A stretch of DNA of 64,000 nt from Dehalococcoidia bacterium (GTDB taxonomy: Bacteria > Chloroflexota > Dehalococcoidia > Lucifugimonadales > UBA3495): the NCBI GenBank assembly GCA_965197655.1, contig OZ240220.1, forward strand, positions 993,788 through 1,057,787, given 5' to 3'. The notes beneath the pieces are model-generated. The model was given only the letters and a program-made list of their open reading frames with translations. It was not told the DNA's origin and did no database searches. A program made the position numbers and the translations under genes. Positions 56,155 through 64,000 of this stretch are shown here, in pieces. The first letter of the stretch is position 1. Each line of letters starts with the position of its first letter.

Positions 56155-57711
56155 ATGGTGGCAGATAGCTCGAACAACCGAAACACGGCAGCCGCCCAGC
56201 GCTACCATGATGCTACCAAGCATTCCTGGCACAGCGTCCACACCACGGCCCACTACATGGACTGGGACAACCAGCCGATACCTTTCAAGGTGTATCCTGA
56301 TTTGGATGGGCAGCCGCTCCCCAATAACCTGCCCTCCAGCGAAGCAGCTGCACTTTCGGCCCTGACTGCACTGTTGCCTGCCCAGCAGGTAGAACCAACC
56401 CTGCGAGACCTGGCCGGGTTGTTCTACTTTGGAGCCGGGATTACCAAGCGGGGCGTTACCCCCGGCGGCCAGATTTACTTTCGGGCGGCGGCCTGCACCG
56501 GCGCCCTCTACCACATTGAGCTTTACCTGGTCTGCGGTGGGATGACCGGCTTGGCCGACGGCGTTTACCACTTTGGCCCCCACGACTTCTCCCTCCGTCA
56601 GTTGCGGGCGGGAGATTACCGGGGAACTCTGGCAGCGGCGTCCGGCGGCGAGCCGTCGGTAACCCAAGCCCCGGCTATTCTGGTCACCACTTCCGTTTAC
56701 TGGCGCAATGCCTGGAAATACCAGAGCCGAGCCTACCGTCACTCCTGGTGGGACAGCGGGACTATTCTGGCTAATCTCCTGGCGATTGCCGGCGCCAACG
56801 GGCTGCCCTTGGGAGTAGTAACGTCCTTCGTGGACGATCCGGTCAACCGGCTGCTGGACCTGGACGAGGACCGCGAGGCGGTCCTGCACCTGCTGCCGGT
56901 GGGGAGAGTTGACGGCAATAGCCCGCCGGCCCCGCCAGAGGTTGCGCCGCTGGGGTTGGAGGTGTCACCTTATTCCCGGCGTGAAGTGGACTACCCACAA
57001 ATACGGGAGATGCACACCGCATCCTGTTTGGCCCTTCCTGGAGAGGCAGCGGAATTGCGGGGTGGGTCGCCGGCGCTGACCGGCCCTGACCCTCTCGGCG
57101 AGTTATTTCCGATCAACCCAACGCCGGAAGAGGAACTGCCCGTAGAAAGTATTGAGTCGGTAATCGTGCGGCGGGGTTCCAGCCGTCAGTTCCGGCGCGA
57201 ACCGATAACTTTTACGCAGCTTTCCAATATGCTGCTGCGGGCTACCCAGGACTTGCCTGCCGACTTTCTGGGTAACCCCGGCGCAACCTTGAACCAGTTG
57301 TACCTGATTGTTAACGACGTGGCCGGACTGCCGTCGGGGAGCTACGTTTACCATCCGCATCAAATGGCCCTGGAGCAACTGAAGGAAGGTGAGTTTCGCC
57401 AGGAAGCGGGATACCTGGGGCTGCAACAGGAACTGCCCGCCGACGCCAGCGTCAACGTTTACTTCCTGACCGACCTGTCCGCCGTATTGGCAAAGTATGG
57501 CAATCGGGGATACCGAATGGCCCAAACCGAGGCGGCAATTCGCGCCGGACAGCTATACTTGGCAGCTTACGCCCAACGGTTGGGGGCCTCCGGGCTGACC
57601 TTCTTCGACGATGATGTTACGGAGTTCTTTTCGCCTCATGCCGCGGGAAAAAGCGTGATGTTTCTGATTGCCCTGGGCCGCCCACGCCCACGCCGAAGGG
57701 CAAGCCGCTAA
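56155..57711 (+). CDS. SagB/ThcOx-type dehydrogenase, tandem nitroreductase-fold domains
   Basis: N-terminal YHDATKHS, YFRAAACTGALYHIELY, and a second domain VRRGSSRQF...TEAAIRAGQLYL..GASGLTFFDD. Confidence 0.7.
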   Translation: MVADSSNNRNTAAAQRYHDATKHSWHSVHTTAHYMDWDNQPIPFKVYPDLDGQPLPNNLPSSEAAALSALTALLPAQQVEPTLRDLAGLFYFGAGITKRGVTPGGQIYFRAAACTGALYHIELYLVCGGMTGLADGVYHFGPHDFSLRQLRAGDYRGTLAAASGGEPSVTQAPAILVTTSVYWRNAWKYQSRAYRHSWWDSGTILANLLAIAGANGLPLGVVTSFVDDPVNRLLDLDEDREAVLHLLPVGRVDGNSPPAPPEVAPLGLEVSPYSRREVDYPQIREMHTASCLALPGEAAELRGGSPALTGPDPLGELFPINPTPEEELPVESIESVIVRRGSSRQFRREPITFTQLSNMLLRATQDLPADFLGNPGATLNQLYLIVNDVAGLPSGSYVYHPHQMALEQLKEGEFRQEAGYLGLQQELPADASVNVYFLTDLSAVLAKYGNRGYRMAQTEAAIRAGQLYLAAYAQRLGASGLTFFDDDVTEFFSPHAAGKSVMFLIALGRPRPRRRASR

Positions 57712-57790
57712 CATCAGCCTCAAATCGTCAAGTTCTCCAACTCATTGTCAAGTTCTCCAATTCAACGGTAACTGTTCAGTGTCGAAATGT

Positions 57791-57860
57791 CCGTCGTTCC
57801 TGCGCAGGCAGGAACCTCGCTAACCGCAATTCGAGGTTCCTGCTTTCGCAGGAACGACGG
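57791..57860. repeat. Family A double-hairpin core
   Basis: ccgtcgttcctgcgcaggcaggaacc...ggttcctgctttcgcaggaacgacgg between convergent genes. Confidence 0.85.
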
Positions 57861-57931
57861 GCTTTCTTACCCTGGAGAATCCCCTCAACTCTGAACTGTT
57901 ACATTCAACGAGGTCTCAATCGGTCAGGCCC

Positions 57932-58972
57932 CTAAACCTCCACCGGCTCAATCTTGACCACCCGGCCAGTGCGGGCTGACTCAATCATTGCCAAGGTCGC
58001 TTCCACCACCCGCAGGCCGTCCCTGCCGGTTGCCGCCGGCTCGTGATCATTTTCTACCGCCCGTTGGAAGTCCTCCATTTGGGCGATGAAGTTGCCCAGG
58101 TAGTTGTCTGTATAGGCTTCGGTGCAACTCACCGTGTCGGTGGTCACGTCAACCTCGCCCTGCTGGGACTCCCAGATGGTTGCTCGGCTGGTGATTCGGC
58201 CATTGATGCCGTAGAGGGCAAAGTCGTTGCGGGAATCGGGCAAGAGGCGGCCGCAAACTACGGTGCCCAGGGTTCCCTCCTCGAACCGCAGCGTGAGCGT
58301 CGCTATCTGCTCCAGGGGCCGCTCCTCGGTCTGCCCGTCGGTAAGGGCCGCCACCTCGGTTACCTCCTGGCCCAGCAAGAACCTTAACAGGTCAACCACG
58401 TGGACGCCGGTACCCATCATTGTTGAGGCGCCGCCAATGGCTTCCGGGTCGTCCCACCACTGGCGCAATCCGGTACGGGGCGGAAATGTCTCCTGGCCCC
58501 GGGTGCCAAACCCCCACTGCCCTTGCGCCAGGGTAACCCGCCCCAGCGCGCCTTGAACCACCAGGTCGCGGGCCAGAATGTGACCGGGATTATGTCGCAA
58601 CTCAAACCCCACGCCCAGCTTGACCCCGCTGTCCCGACAAATCCGCACCATCGCCACCGCGTCCTCCAATGTGGTGGTCATCGGCTTTTCGCTGAGGACG
58701 TGCTTGCCACTCTGGGCTGCCTGGATAGCTTGGGCCGCGTGGAGGGAGTTGGGAGAGGCAATGAACACGGCGTCAACCCGGCTGTCGGCCAGCATATCGT
58801 CCAGGGAACCATAGGCGGCGCTGGCTCCGTGCTTGGCGGCAAAGGCGTCGGCCCGACCCTGGTCGCGGCTGCACACCGCTACCAGTTCCGAACCTGCGGC
58901 GGCGGTGATTGCCGGCGCTATCTTGTTATCCGGGTGCAATCCGGTGCTGACGATTCCCCAACCAAAAGCCAC
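57932..58972 (-). CDS. Gfo/Idh/MocA-family oxidoreductase
   Basis: N-terminal Rossmann fold (WGIVSTG...AVCSRD), EKP motif and C-terminal alpha/beta domain. GTG start follows GGGAGG. Confidence 0.8.
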   Translation of the reverse strand: MAFGWGIVSTGLHPDNKIAPAITAAAGSELVAVCSRDQGRADAFAAKHGASAAYGSLDDMLADSRVDAVFIASPNSLHAAQAIQAAQSGKHVLSEKPMTTTLEDAVAMVRICRDSGVKLGVGFELRHNPGHILARDLVVQGALGRVTLAQGQWGFGTRGQETFPPRTGLRQWWDDPEAIGGASTMMGTGVHVVDLLRFLLGQEVTEVAALTDGQTEERPLEQIATLTLRFEEGTLGTVVCGRLLPDSRNDFALYGINGRITSRATIWESQQGEVDVTTDTVSCTEAYTDNYLGNFIAQMEDFQRAVENDHEPAATGRDGLRVVEATLAMIESARTGRVVKIEPVEV

Positions 58973-59093
58973 AACAGACCTCCCGATCCTTTAAGCTGAT
59001 TCTTACCAGCCAAGATAAGGAAAGGCGCTGCCGGTGTCAAACCGTTTTCCAATGGGTGCGGTTTGGTTTCCCTTATCCGTAGGTGAAGGGACG

Positions 59094-59299
59094 CAGGGCA
59101 ATCGCGCTTTAACCAACAGTGGCCTCGCCAACGGTCATTCTGCGCTCTAGGTCATTCTGAGCGGAGCGAAGAATCCAGAATCTTTCGGAGCAAGGGTTGT
59201 CCGGTATCCGGCAAGGGTCCACCCGGAAGGATTTTAGATTCTTCCTCCGCTCCGCTCGGTCAGAATGACATCATGGGAAATTATAACGCGATTGCCCTA
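59094..59299. mobile_element. MITE with family A termini carrying a family B repeat as cargo
   Basis: TIR cagggcaatcgcg / cgcgattgcccta. Interior 59134-59269 is a family B palindrome. Flanks TGAAGGGACG / TGAAAGGACG (9/10). Confidence 0.8.
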
Positions 59300-59399
59300 T
59301 GAAAGGACGCGGCCAACTTGACAAGCCGGGGGCAGACAGCTAAAGTACCGGCAGGATAGAGGATACACCTCCGTTCAACCTTAACAAATAAATTTCACG

Positions 59400-59592
59400 T
59401 TCGGGGCACCGTGTCGGTTTAATTGGGAAGGCGGTGAGAATCCGCAGCGGTTGCGCCACTGTAAACGGGAAGCTCTTTGACCGGATTGCCACTGTCCAAA
59501 GGTTCTTACCCAGCACGAATGGGGCTGGACTAAGGAAGGGATGGGAAGGCGTCAAAGTAGCTGTGATCCGTAAGCCAGGAGACCTGCCCCGG
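59400..59592 (+). ncRNA. Cobalamin (B12) riboswitch aptamer
   Basis: aattgggaaggcggtgagaatccgc..gc..gccactgt core and B12 box agccaggagacctgcc. Located upstream of corrin-pathway genes. Confidence 0.8.
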
Positions 59593-59688
59593 AATGTTGG
59601 ACCTCTGCTCTGCGCTAAACGGAGACGGTTCTTCATGGCGGCTTGGTGGTATGTTCAGGGTTGCCGTGAATCGTACTGACCTGATAGT

Positions 59689-59727
59689 TCCCCCGGTAGC
59701 AGCAGAGCCGGGGGATTTGTTTTTATT
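59689..59727 (+). terminator. Riboswitch expression-platform terminator
   Basis: tcccccgg-tagcagcagag-ccggggga followed by tttgtttttatt. Confidence 0.65.
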
Positions 59728-59774
59728 GACTACCGGGTTAGGTCCGGCAGTCTCCTGGACAAGGTAAGTATTAG

Positions 59775-60473
59775 ATGAGCAGCGATAATACCGGAATAGC
59801 AATGACTGTGGTGGCGGTCGGCCCCGGCGACCCCCGGATGCTCACCATGCGGGGGCGGCAGGCGCTGGAAGCCGCCGACCTCGTCGTGGGTTTCAAGACC
59901 GTTCTTGATGTAGTTACCGAGTGGTGCGGCGGCGCCGAAGTGCGGCCAATGAGCTACCGGGACCAGGAAGAGGTGCTGGAGTATGCCGCCGGGCAGGCCG
60001 GACAGGGAAAGAACTGCGTGGTCTGCTGCTGGGGAGACCTGAACGTCTCGGCCCACGAACTGCTGGCCCGGGTTTACCGGCGGGCGGAAAAGGTGGAGTT
60101 GATTCCGGGAGTCAGTTCCATCCAGATAGCTTGCGCCCGCGCCGGAATTGCCCTGGAAGAGTCCCTGTTCATTACCCTGCACCGGCGGGACGGCTCGGAA
60201 CCGGCCCTGGCCGAACTTGAACGCTACTTGCGGGAGGGGCTGCGTAACATAATCCTGTTGCCCCGTCCCTTTGACCTGATGCCGCCGGGCATCGCCAGCG
60301 ACCTGGTAGCTGCCGGCATTCCCGCGGTACGCCCGGTTACGGTCTATCAGCGGCTAACTCTTGAGGGAGAAAAGGCTTGGAGCGGCACTCTGCAAGAGTG
60401 TGCCGACCTTTCCGAAGAGTTCAGCGACCTGTCGATAATGGTCTTTCTCCGATCCACTTCAGATCAAGAATAA
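59775..60473 (+). CDS. Tetrapyrrole (corrin) methyltransferase, CbiE-like
   Basis: VVAVGPGDPRMLTMRGRQALEAADLVVG is the TP_methylase N-terminal motif. Start may be ATG 59802. Confidence 0.65.
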   Translation: MSSDNTGIAMTVVAVGPGDPRMLTMRGRQALEAADLVVGFKTVLDVVTEWCGGAEVRPMSYRDQEEVLEYAAGQAGQGKNCVVCCWGDLNVSAHELLARVYRRAEKVELIPGVSSIQIACARAGIALEESLFITLHRRDGSEPALAELERYLREGLRNIILLPRPFDLMPPGIASDLVAAGIPAVRPVTVYQRLTLEGEKAWSGTLQECADLSEEFSDLSIMVFLRSTSDQE

Positions 60474-60515
60474 ACGGGCAGGAATAACCGGAAGGTATTG
60501 ACCGATTTGACCTCT

Positions 60516-63500
60516 ATGCCGGAAACAGAAAGGCCGGAAAACAGCCGTAAGACGCTGGTTCTGGTAACCACTGCCGATACTGATATTCTCACCGCCGACC
60601 GGGCTCTGTCCGGTCTGCCGGATGATTTTCCGCAGGTGCGGGCCTACAACCCGGTGGGGTTGGACAGCGCGGAGTCCCGTGCCGACTTATTGAGTTCCGC
60701 CGGTGATGCCGGTGTCGTGGTGCTGCGGCTACTGGGCGGCAAGCGGGCCATGCCCGACACTTTTGACTCGCTGGTTAGTCTGTGCCACGACCGGGGGATT
60801 CCCTTGATTGCCTGTCCCGGCCACCAGGAATGGGATGAAGACCTGGTAACCGCCTGCTCGGTGCCGGTGGCCGAACTGGAAACAGTCTTTTCCTACTTGA
60901 TGCGCGGCGGGATTCCCAATTTCCGCAACCTCTTCCTCTTCCTCAGCGACACTTACCTGGGCAGCGACTACGGCCACGAAGCCCCGGAGCCGGTGCCTTG
61001 GGAAGGCATCTACCACCCCGATGCCAGCGCAGAGGAAACCGATGACGTTGACCGCTTTATCAGCAGCCGGTTCAGGCCAGATCGCCCCAGCATTGGCCTG
61101 CTGTTCTACCGCGCTCACTGGATGAGCGGCAACTTGCAGTTCGTGGACGACCTTATTCGCTGCCTGGAAGCACAGCAGGTCAACGTCCTGCCGGTTTACT
61201 CCTACAGCCTCAAGCATAACCCGGAGGAAGATGGGCAGCGCAGCCGTACCCTGACCACCTTTATGGCCGATGCTAGTGGAGTGTCCCGGGTGCATTGCAT
61301 CATCAACACCATGGGCCTGGCGATGAGCGACCTGAGCCAGGAAGGTCCAACCATCGCCACCGGCTGGTCGGTGGACCTGCTGGATGCGCTGGACGTGCCA
61401 ATTATCCAGGGGATTGTCAGCACCGGCACCCGCCAGGAATGGGAGGAAAACTCCCTGGGCCTGGGGCCGATTGATACCGCAATGAACGTGGCCCTGCCGG
61501 AGTTTGATGGCCGCATTATTGCCGTGCCGGTCTCCTTCAAGGAAGAAACTGCCGGTTCCAACCCCGGTTCCAACGGTACAGCCCTGACCGGCCCCCGGCT
61601 CCAGCGTTACGTAGCGGCGCCGGACCGGATGGACGCCCTGGCCCGGTTGTCGGCAAAATGGGCCGCCCTGCGCCTCAAGTCCAACCGGGACAAGCGCATC
61701 GCCATCATTATGAGCAACTACCCCACCAAGGACGCCCGGATTGGCAACGCAGTGGGGCTGGACACGCCGGCTTCGGTAGTCAACCTGCTGAATGCCCTGC
61801 AAGCCGCCGGTTACCGGGTGGAGGATATACCTGCCGACGGGGATGAGTTGGTGCATCGCATCATCGAGCGGTGCAGCAACGACCGGGACTCGCTAACCGA
61901 GGAGCAAATGCGGCTGGCGGCCGGCCACGTAGAGCGGCGGCAGTACGCCGAGTGGTTCCAGGGTTTCGCCCCCAAAGTACAGCAGCAACTACAGGAATCC
62001 TGGGGCGATCCGCCGGGCCAGATTTACCGCACCGGGGATTCCCTGGCAGTTGCCGGGCTGGACTTGGGCAACGTCTTTGTCGGGTTGCAGCCGCCCCGGG
62101 GCTTTGGGGAGAATCCCATATCGGTTTACCACAGCCCGGACTTGACCCCCACCCATCACTATATCGCCTACTATCGCTGGATACGCGACGTATTCGGCGC
62201 TGACGCGATGATTCACGTCGGCAAGCATGGCACGTTGGAATGGCTGCCGGGCAAAGGTATCGGCCTGTCCGACGCCTGTTACCCGGAAGTGGCGTTGCAA
62301 GATTTGCCCCTCTTCTATCCCTTTATCATCAACAATCCCGGCGAAGGCACCCAGGCCAAGCGCCGCACCCACGCCACCATCATTGACCACCTGATCCCAC
62401 CGATGACCACCGCGGACAGCTACGGCGACATCGCCAAGCTGGAACAGCTGATGGATGAGCATTACCAGTGCCAGACCTTGGACCCGGCCAAGCTGCCCAT
62501 GCTGGAGAGCCAGATTTGGGAGATGGTACAGCAGGCGGAACTCCACCGGGACTTGGGCGTTGAAGCTCAACCCGACGATTTCGGTGGGTTCATGCTGGAA
62601 ATTGACGGGTACTTGTGCGAAATCAAGGACGTGCAGATTAAGGACGGCCTGCATACCCTGGGCGAACCGCCTACTGAGGAACAACTGGTAGGACTGCTGT
62701 GCGCCCTGACCCGGCTTGACATCAGCGGCATTCCCAGCCTGCGCCGCGCCTTGGCCGAGGCTTTGGGGCTGGACTACATTGCCCTGCTGGATGACCCCGG
62801 CCGGGCGGTCAACGGAAGCATACCATCCCTCTTGCGAGACTTGGATGTGGAAACTCCGGTACGCAGCGCCGGCGACGTGATTGAACGGCTGGAAATGCTC
62901 TGCCGCAGCGCCTATGACAAGCTGTTGTCCGGCGGGTTTCAATCGGGGCAGGTGCCGGAGGTCGTTGCCGAACTGCTGGGTCAGCCCGATGCCGCTACCG
63001 ACCAGGTTCTGCGCTACGTTACTGATTTCATCCACCCGGCCCTGATGCGCACCACCGACGAAATCGACAACCTGCTGCGGGGGCTGGAGGGCCGCTTCGT
63101 GCCGCCAGGTCCTAGCGGCGCGCCAACCCGGGGAATGGCTAATGTCCTGCCCACCGGACGCAATTTTTACTCCGTTGACCCCAAGACGCTGCCCTCCCCC
63201 GCCGCTTGGGAAGTAGGCAAGGACCTGGGCGATGCCCTGCTGGAAAAGTACTTGCAGGAAGAGGGCGGCTACCCGGAAATGGTGGGCGTGGTAGTCTGGG
63301 GAACCTCGGCCATGCGTACTCACGGTGACGACATTGCCCAGATAATGTATCTGCTGGGCGTCCGGCCGGTCTGGCAGGCGGAAAGCCGCCGGGTATCCGG
63401 CATTGAGGTTATTCCCCTGGAGGAACTGGGACGGCCCCGGATCGACGTAACGGTGCGGATTAGCGGTTTCTTCCGCGATGCCTTCCCCAACCTTATCTAC

Positions 63501-64000
63501 CTGCTGGACCAGGCGGTGGAAAAGGTGGCGTCCCTGGACGAACCGCCGGAGCGCAACTTCATCGTCAAGCACTTGCAGGAAGACCTGGAGCGGAGCGATG
63601 ATTCTTCCCCCACTCATGGTGGGCCGGCCGAACCGCGTGCCGCCGGCGCCCTCTACCGCATCTTCGGCAGCAAGCCGGGGACCTATGGAGCCGGCATCTT
63701 GCCGGTGCTGGACGAGCGCAACTGGGAAACGGTCCATGACCTGGCCGAGGTCTATACCGCGTGGGGCGGCTATGCCTACACCCGCCAGGATTTCGGGGTC
63801 AACGCCCGCCCCCAGTTCCGGCAGCGGTTCAGCCAGATTGTGATTGCCGCCAAGAACCAGGACAACCGGGAGCATGACGTTTTTGACAGCGACGATTATA
63901 TGCAGTACCACGGCGGGATGATTGCCACGGTGCGCTCCTTGACCGGTCGCAACCCCCGACAGTTTTTCGGGGACACTTCCGACCCCTCCCGTTCCCGGGT
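60516..64000 (+). CDS. cobN: Cobaltochelatase large subunit CobN (N-terminal ~1161 codons; continues past window end)
   Basis: My own translation gives MPETERPENSRKTLVLVTTADTDILTA... and VGKHGTLEWLPGKG (around 62220). Open to the window edge, so absent from the ORF track. Confidence 0.85.
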   Translation, partial: MPETERPENSRKTLVLVTTADTDILTADRALSGLPDDFPQVRAYNPVGLDSAESRADLLSSAGDAGVVVLRLLGGKRAMPDTFDSLVSLCHDRGIPLIACPGHQEWDEDLVTACSVPVAELETVFSYLMRGGIPNFRNLFLFLSDTYLGSDYGHEAPEPVPWEGIYHPDASAEETDDVDRFISSRFRPDRPSIGLLFYRAHWMSGNLQFVDDLIRCLEAQQVNVLPVYSYSLKHNPEEDGQRSRTLTTFMADASGVSRVHCIINTMGLAMSDLSQEGPTIATGWSVDLLDALDVPIIQGIVSTGTRQEWEENSLGLGPIDTAMNVALPEFDGRIIAVPVSFKEETAGSNPGSNGTALTGPRLQRYVAAPDRMDALARLSAKWAALRLKSNRDKRIAIIMSNYPTKDARIGNAVGLDTPASVVNLLNALQAAGYRVEDIPADGDELVHRIIERCSNDRDSLTEEQMRLAAGHVERRQYAEWFQGFAPKVQQQLQESWGDPPGQIYRTGDSLAVAGLDLGNVFVGLQPPRGFGENPISVYHSPDLTPTHHYIAYYRWIRDVFGADAMIHVGKHGTLEWLPGKGIGLSDACYPEVALQDLPLFYPFIINNPGEGTQAKRRTHATIIDHLIPPMTTADSYGDIAKLEQLMDEHYQCQTLDPAKLPMLESQIWEMVQQAELHRDLGVEAQPDDFGGFMLEIDGYLCEIKDVQIKDGLHTLGEPPTEEQLVGLLCALTRLDISGIPSLRRALAEALGLDYIALLDDPGRAVNGSIPSLLRDLDVETPVRSAGDVIERLEMLCRSAYDKLLSGGFQSGQVPEVVAELLGQPDAATDQVLRYVTDFIHPALMRTTDEIDNLLRGLEGRFVPPGPSGAPTRGMANVLPTGRNFYSVDPKTLPSPAAWEVGKDLGDALLEKYLQEEGGYPEMVGVVVWGTSAMRTHGDDIAQIMYLLGVRPVWQAESRRVSGIEVIPLEELGRPRIDVTVRISGFFRDAFPNLIYLLDQAVEKVASLDEPPERNFIVKHLQEDLERSDDSSPTHGGPAEPRAAGALYRIFGSKPGTYGAGILPVLDERNWETVHDLAEVYTAWGGYAYTRQDFGVNARPQFRQRFSQIVIAAKNQDNREHDVFDSDDYMQYHGGMIATVRSLTGRNPRQFFGDTSDPSRSR

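Noticed and set aside
55778-57711. Thiazole/oxazole RiPP (TOMM) biosynthetic cluster
   Set aside because: Only the SagB-type dehydrogenase is present. There is no YcaO or cyclodehydratase, and the upstream small ORF is not Cys/Ser/Thr-rich.
9404-57860. Possible CRISPR array formed by the recurring CGTCGTTCCTGCG hairpins
   Set aside because: The copies are dispersed singly over 48 kb in both orientations, not in a regular repeat-spacer array, and no cas genes are present.
60729-63911. Two long minus-strand ORFs (375 aa and 640 aa)
   Set aside because: They are antisense to cobN, whose plus-strand frame is open to the window edge and contains HGTLEWLPGKG. This is a typical high-GC shadow ORF.

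Overview
High-GC (~60%) bacterial chromosomal segment, mostly housekeeping and catabolic genes. Core content: a purB / HAD / purE / two unknowns / purD / guaA block on the minus strand, tRNA-Glu, RNase D, an acyl-CoA/thiolase/DUF35 cluster, an orphan PII-like protein, H+-pyrophosphatase, otsA, trpA-aroH-DAHP synthase, a xanthine-dehydrogenase-family Mo subunit, and a cobalamin riboswitch followed by cbiE-like and cobN genes (cobN runs off the 3' edge). Clearly accessory parts are: (i) an IS5/InsH-family insertion sequence at 17.66-18.89 kb; (ii) a low-GC island at 53.3-55.7 kb carrying a convergent type II restriction-modification pair whose nuclease has the NgoMIV/Cfr10I catalytic and CCGG-recognition motif; (iii) a hicBA toxin-antitoxin pair; (iv) a very dense population of short palindromic or MITE-like intergenic repeats in at least six families. 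The most unusual observation is that the IS5 transposase gene is split into three pieces by two near-identical 23-nt hairpin insertions in opposite orientation. Removing exactly those 46 nt restores a 317-codon ORF colinear with E. coli InsH. A second notable result is a MITE family with termini CAGGGCWATCGCA, about 10-bp target-site duplications and interchangeable internal cargo. I found no CRISPR array, prophage or rRNA. Many long ORFs in the supplied track are antisense shadows of real genes or read through repeats, and I rejected them. All functional calls rest on motifs I recognise by eye and recalled family knowledge, since no searches were run. Start codons are best guesses.
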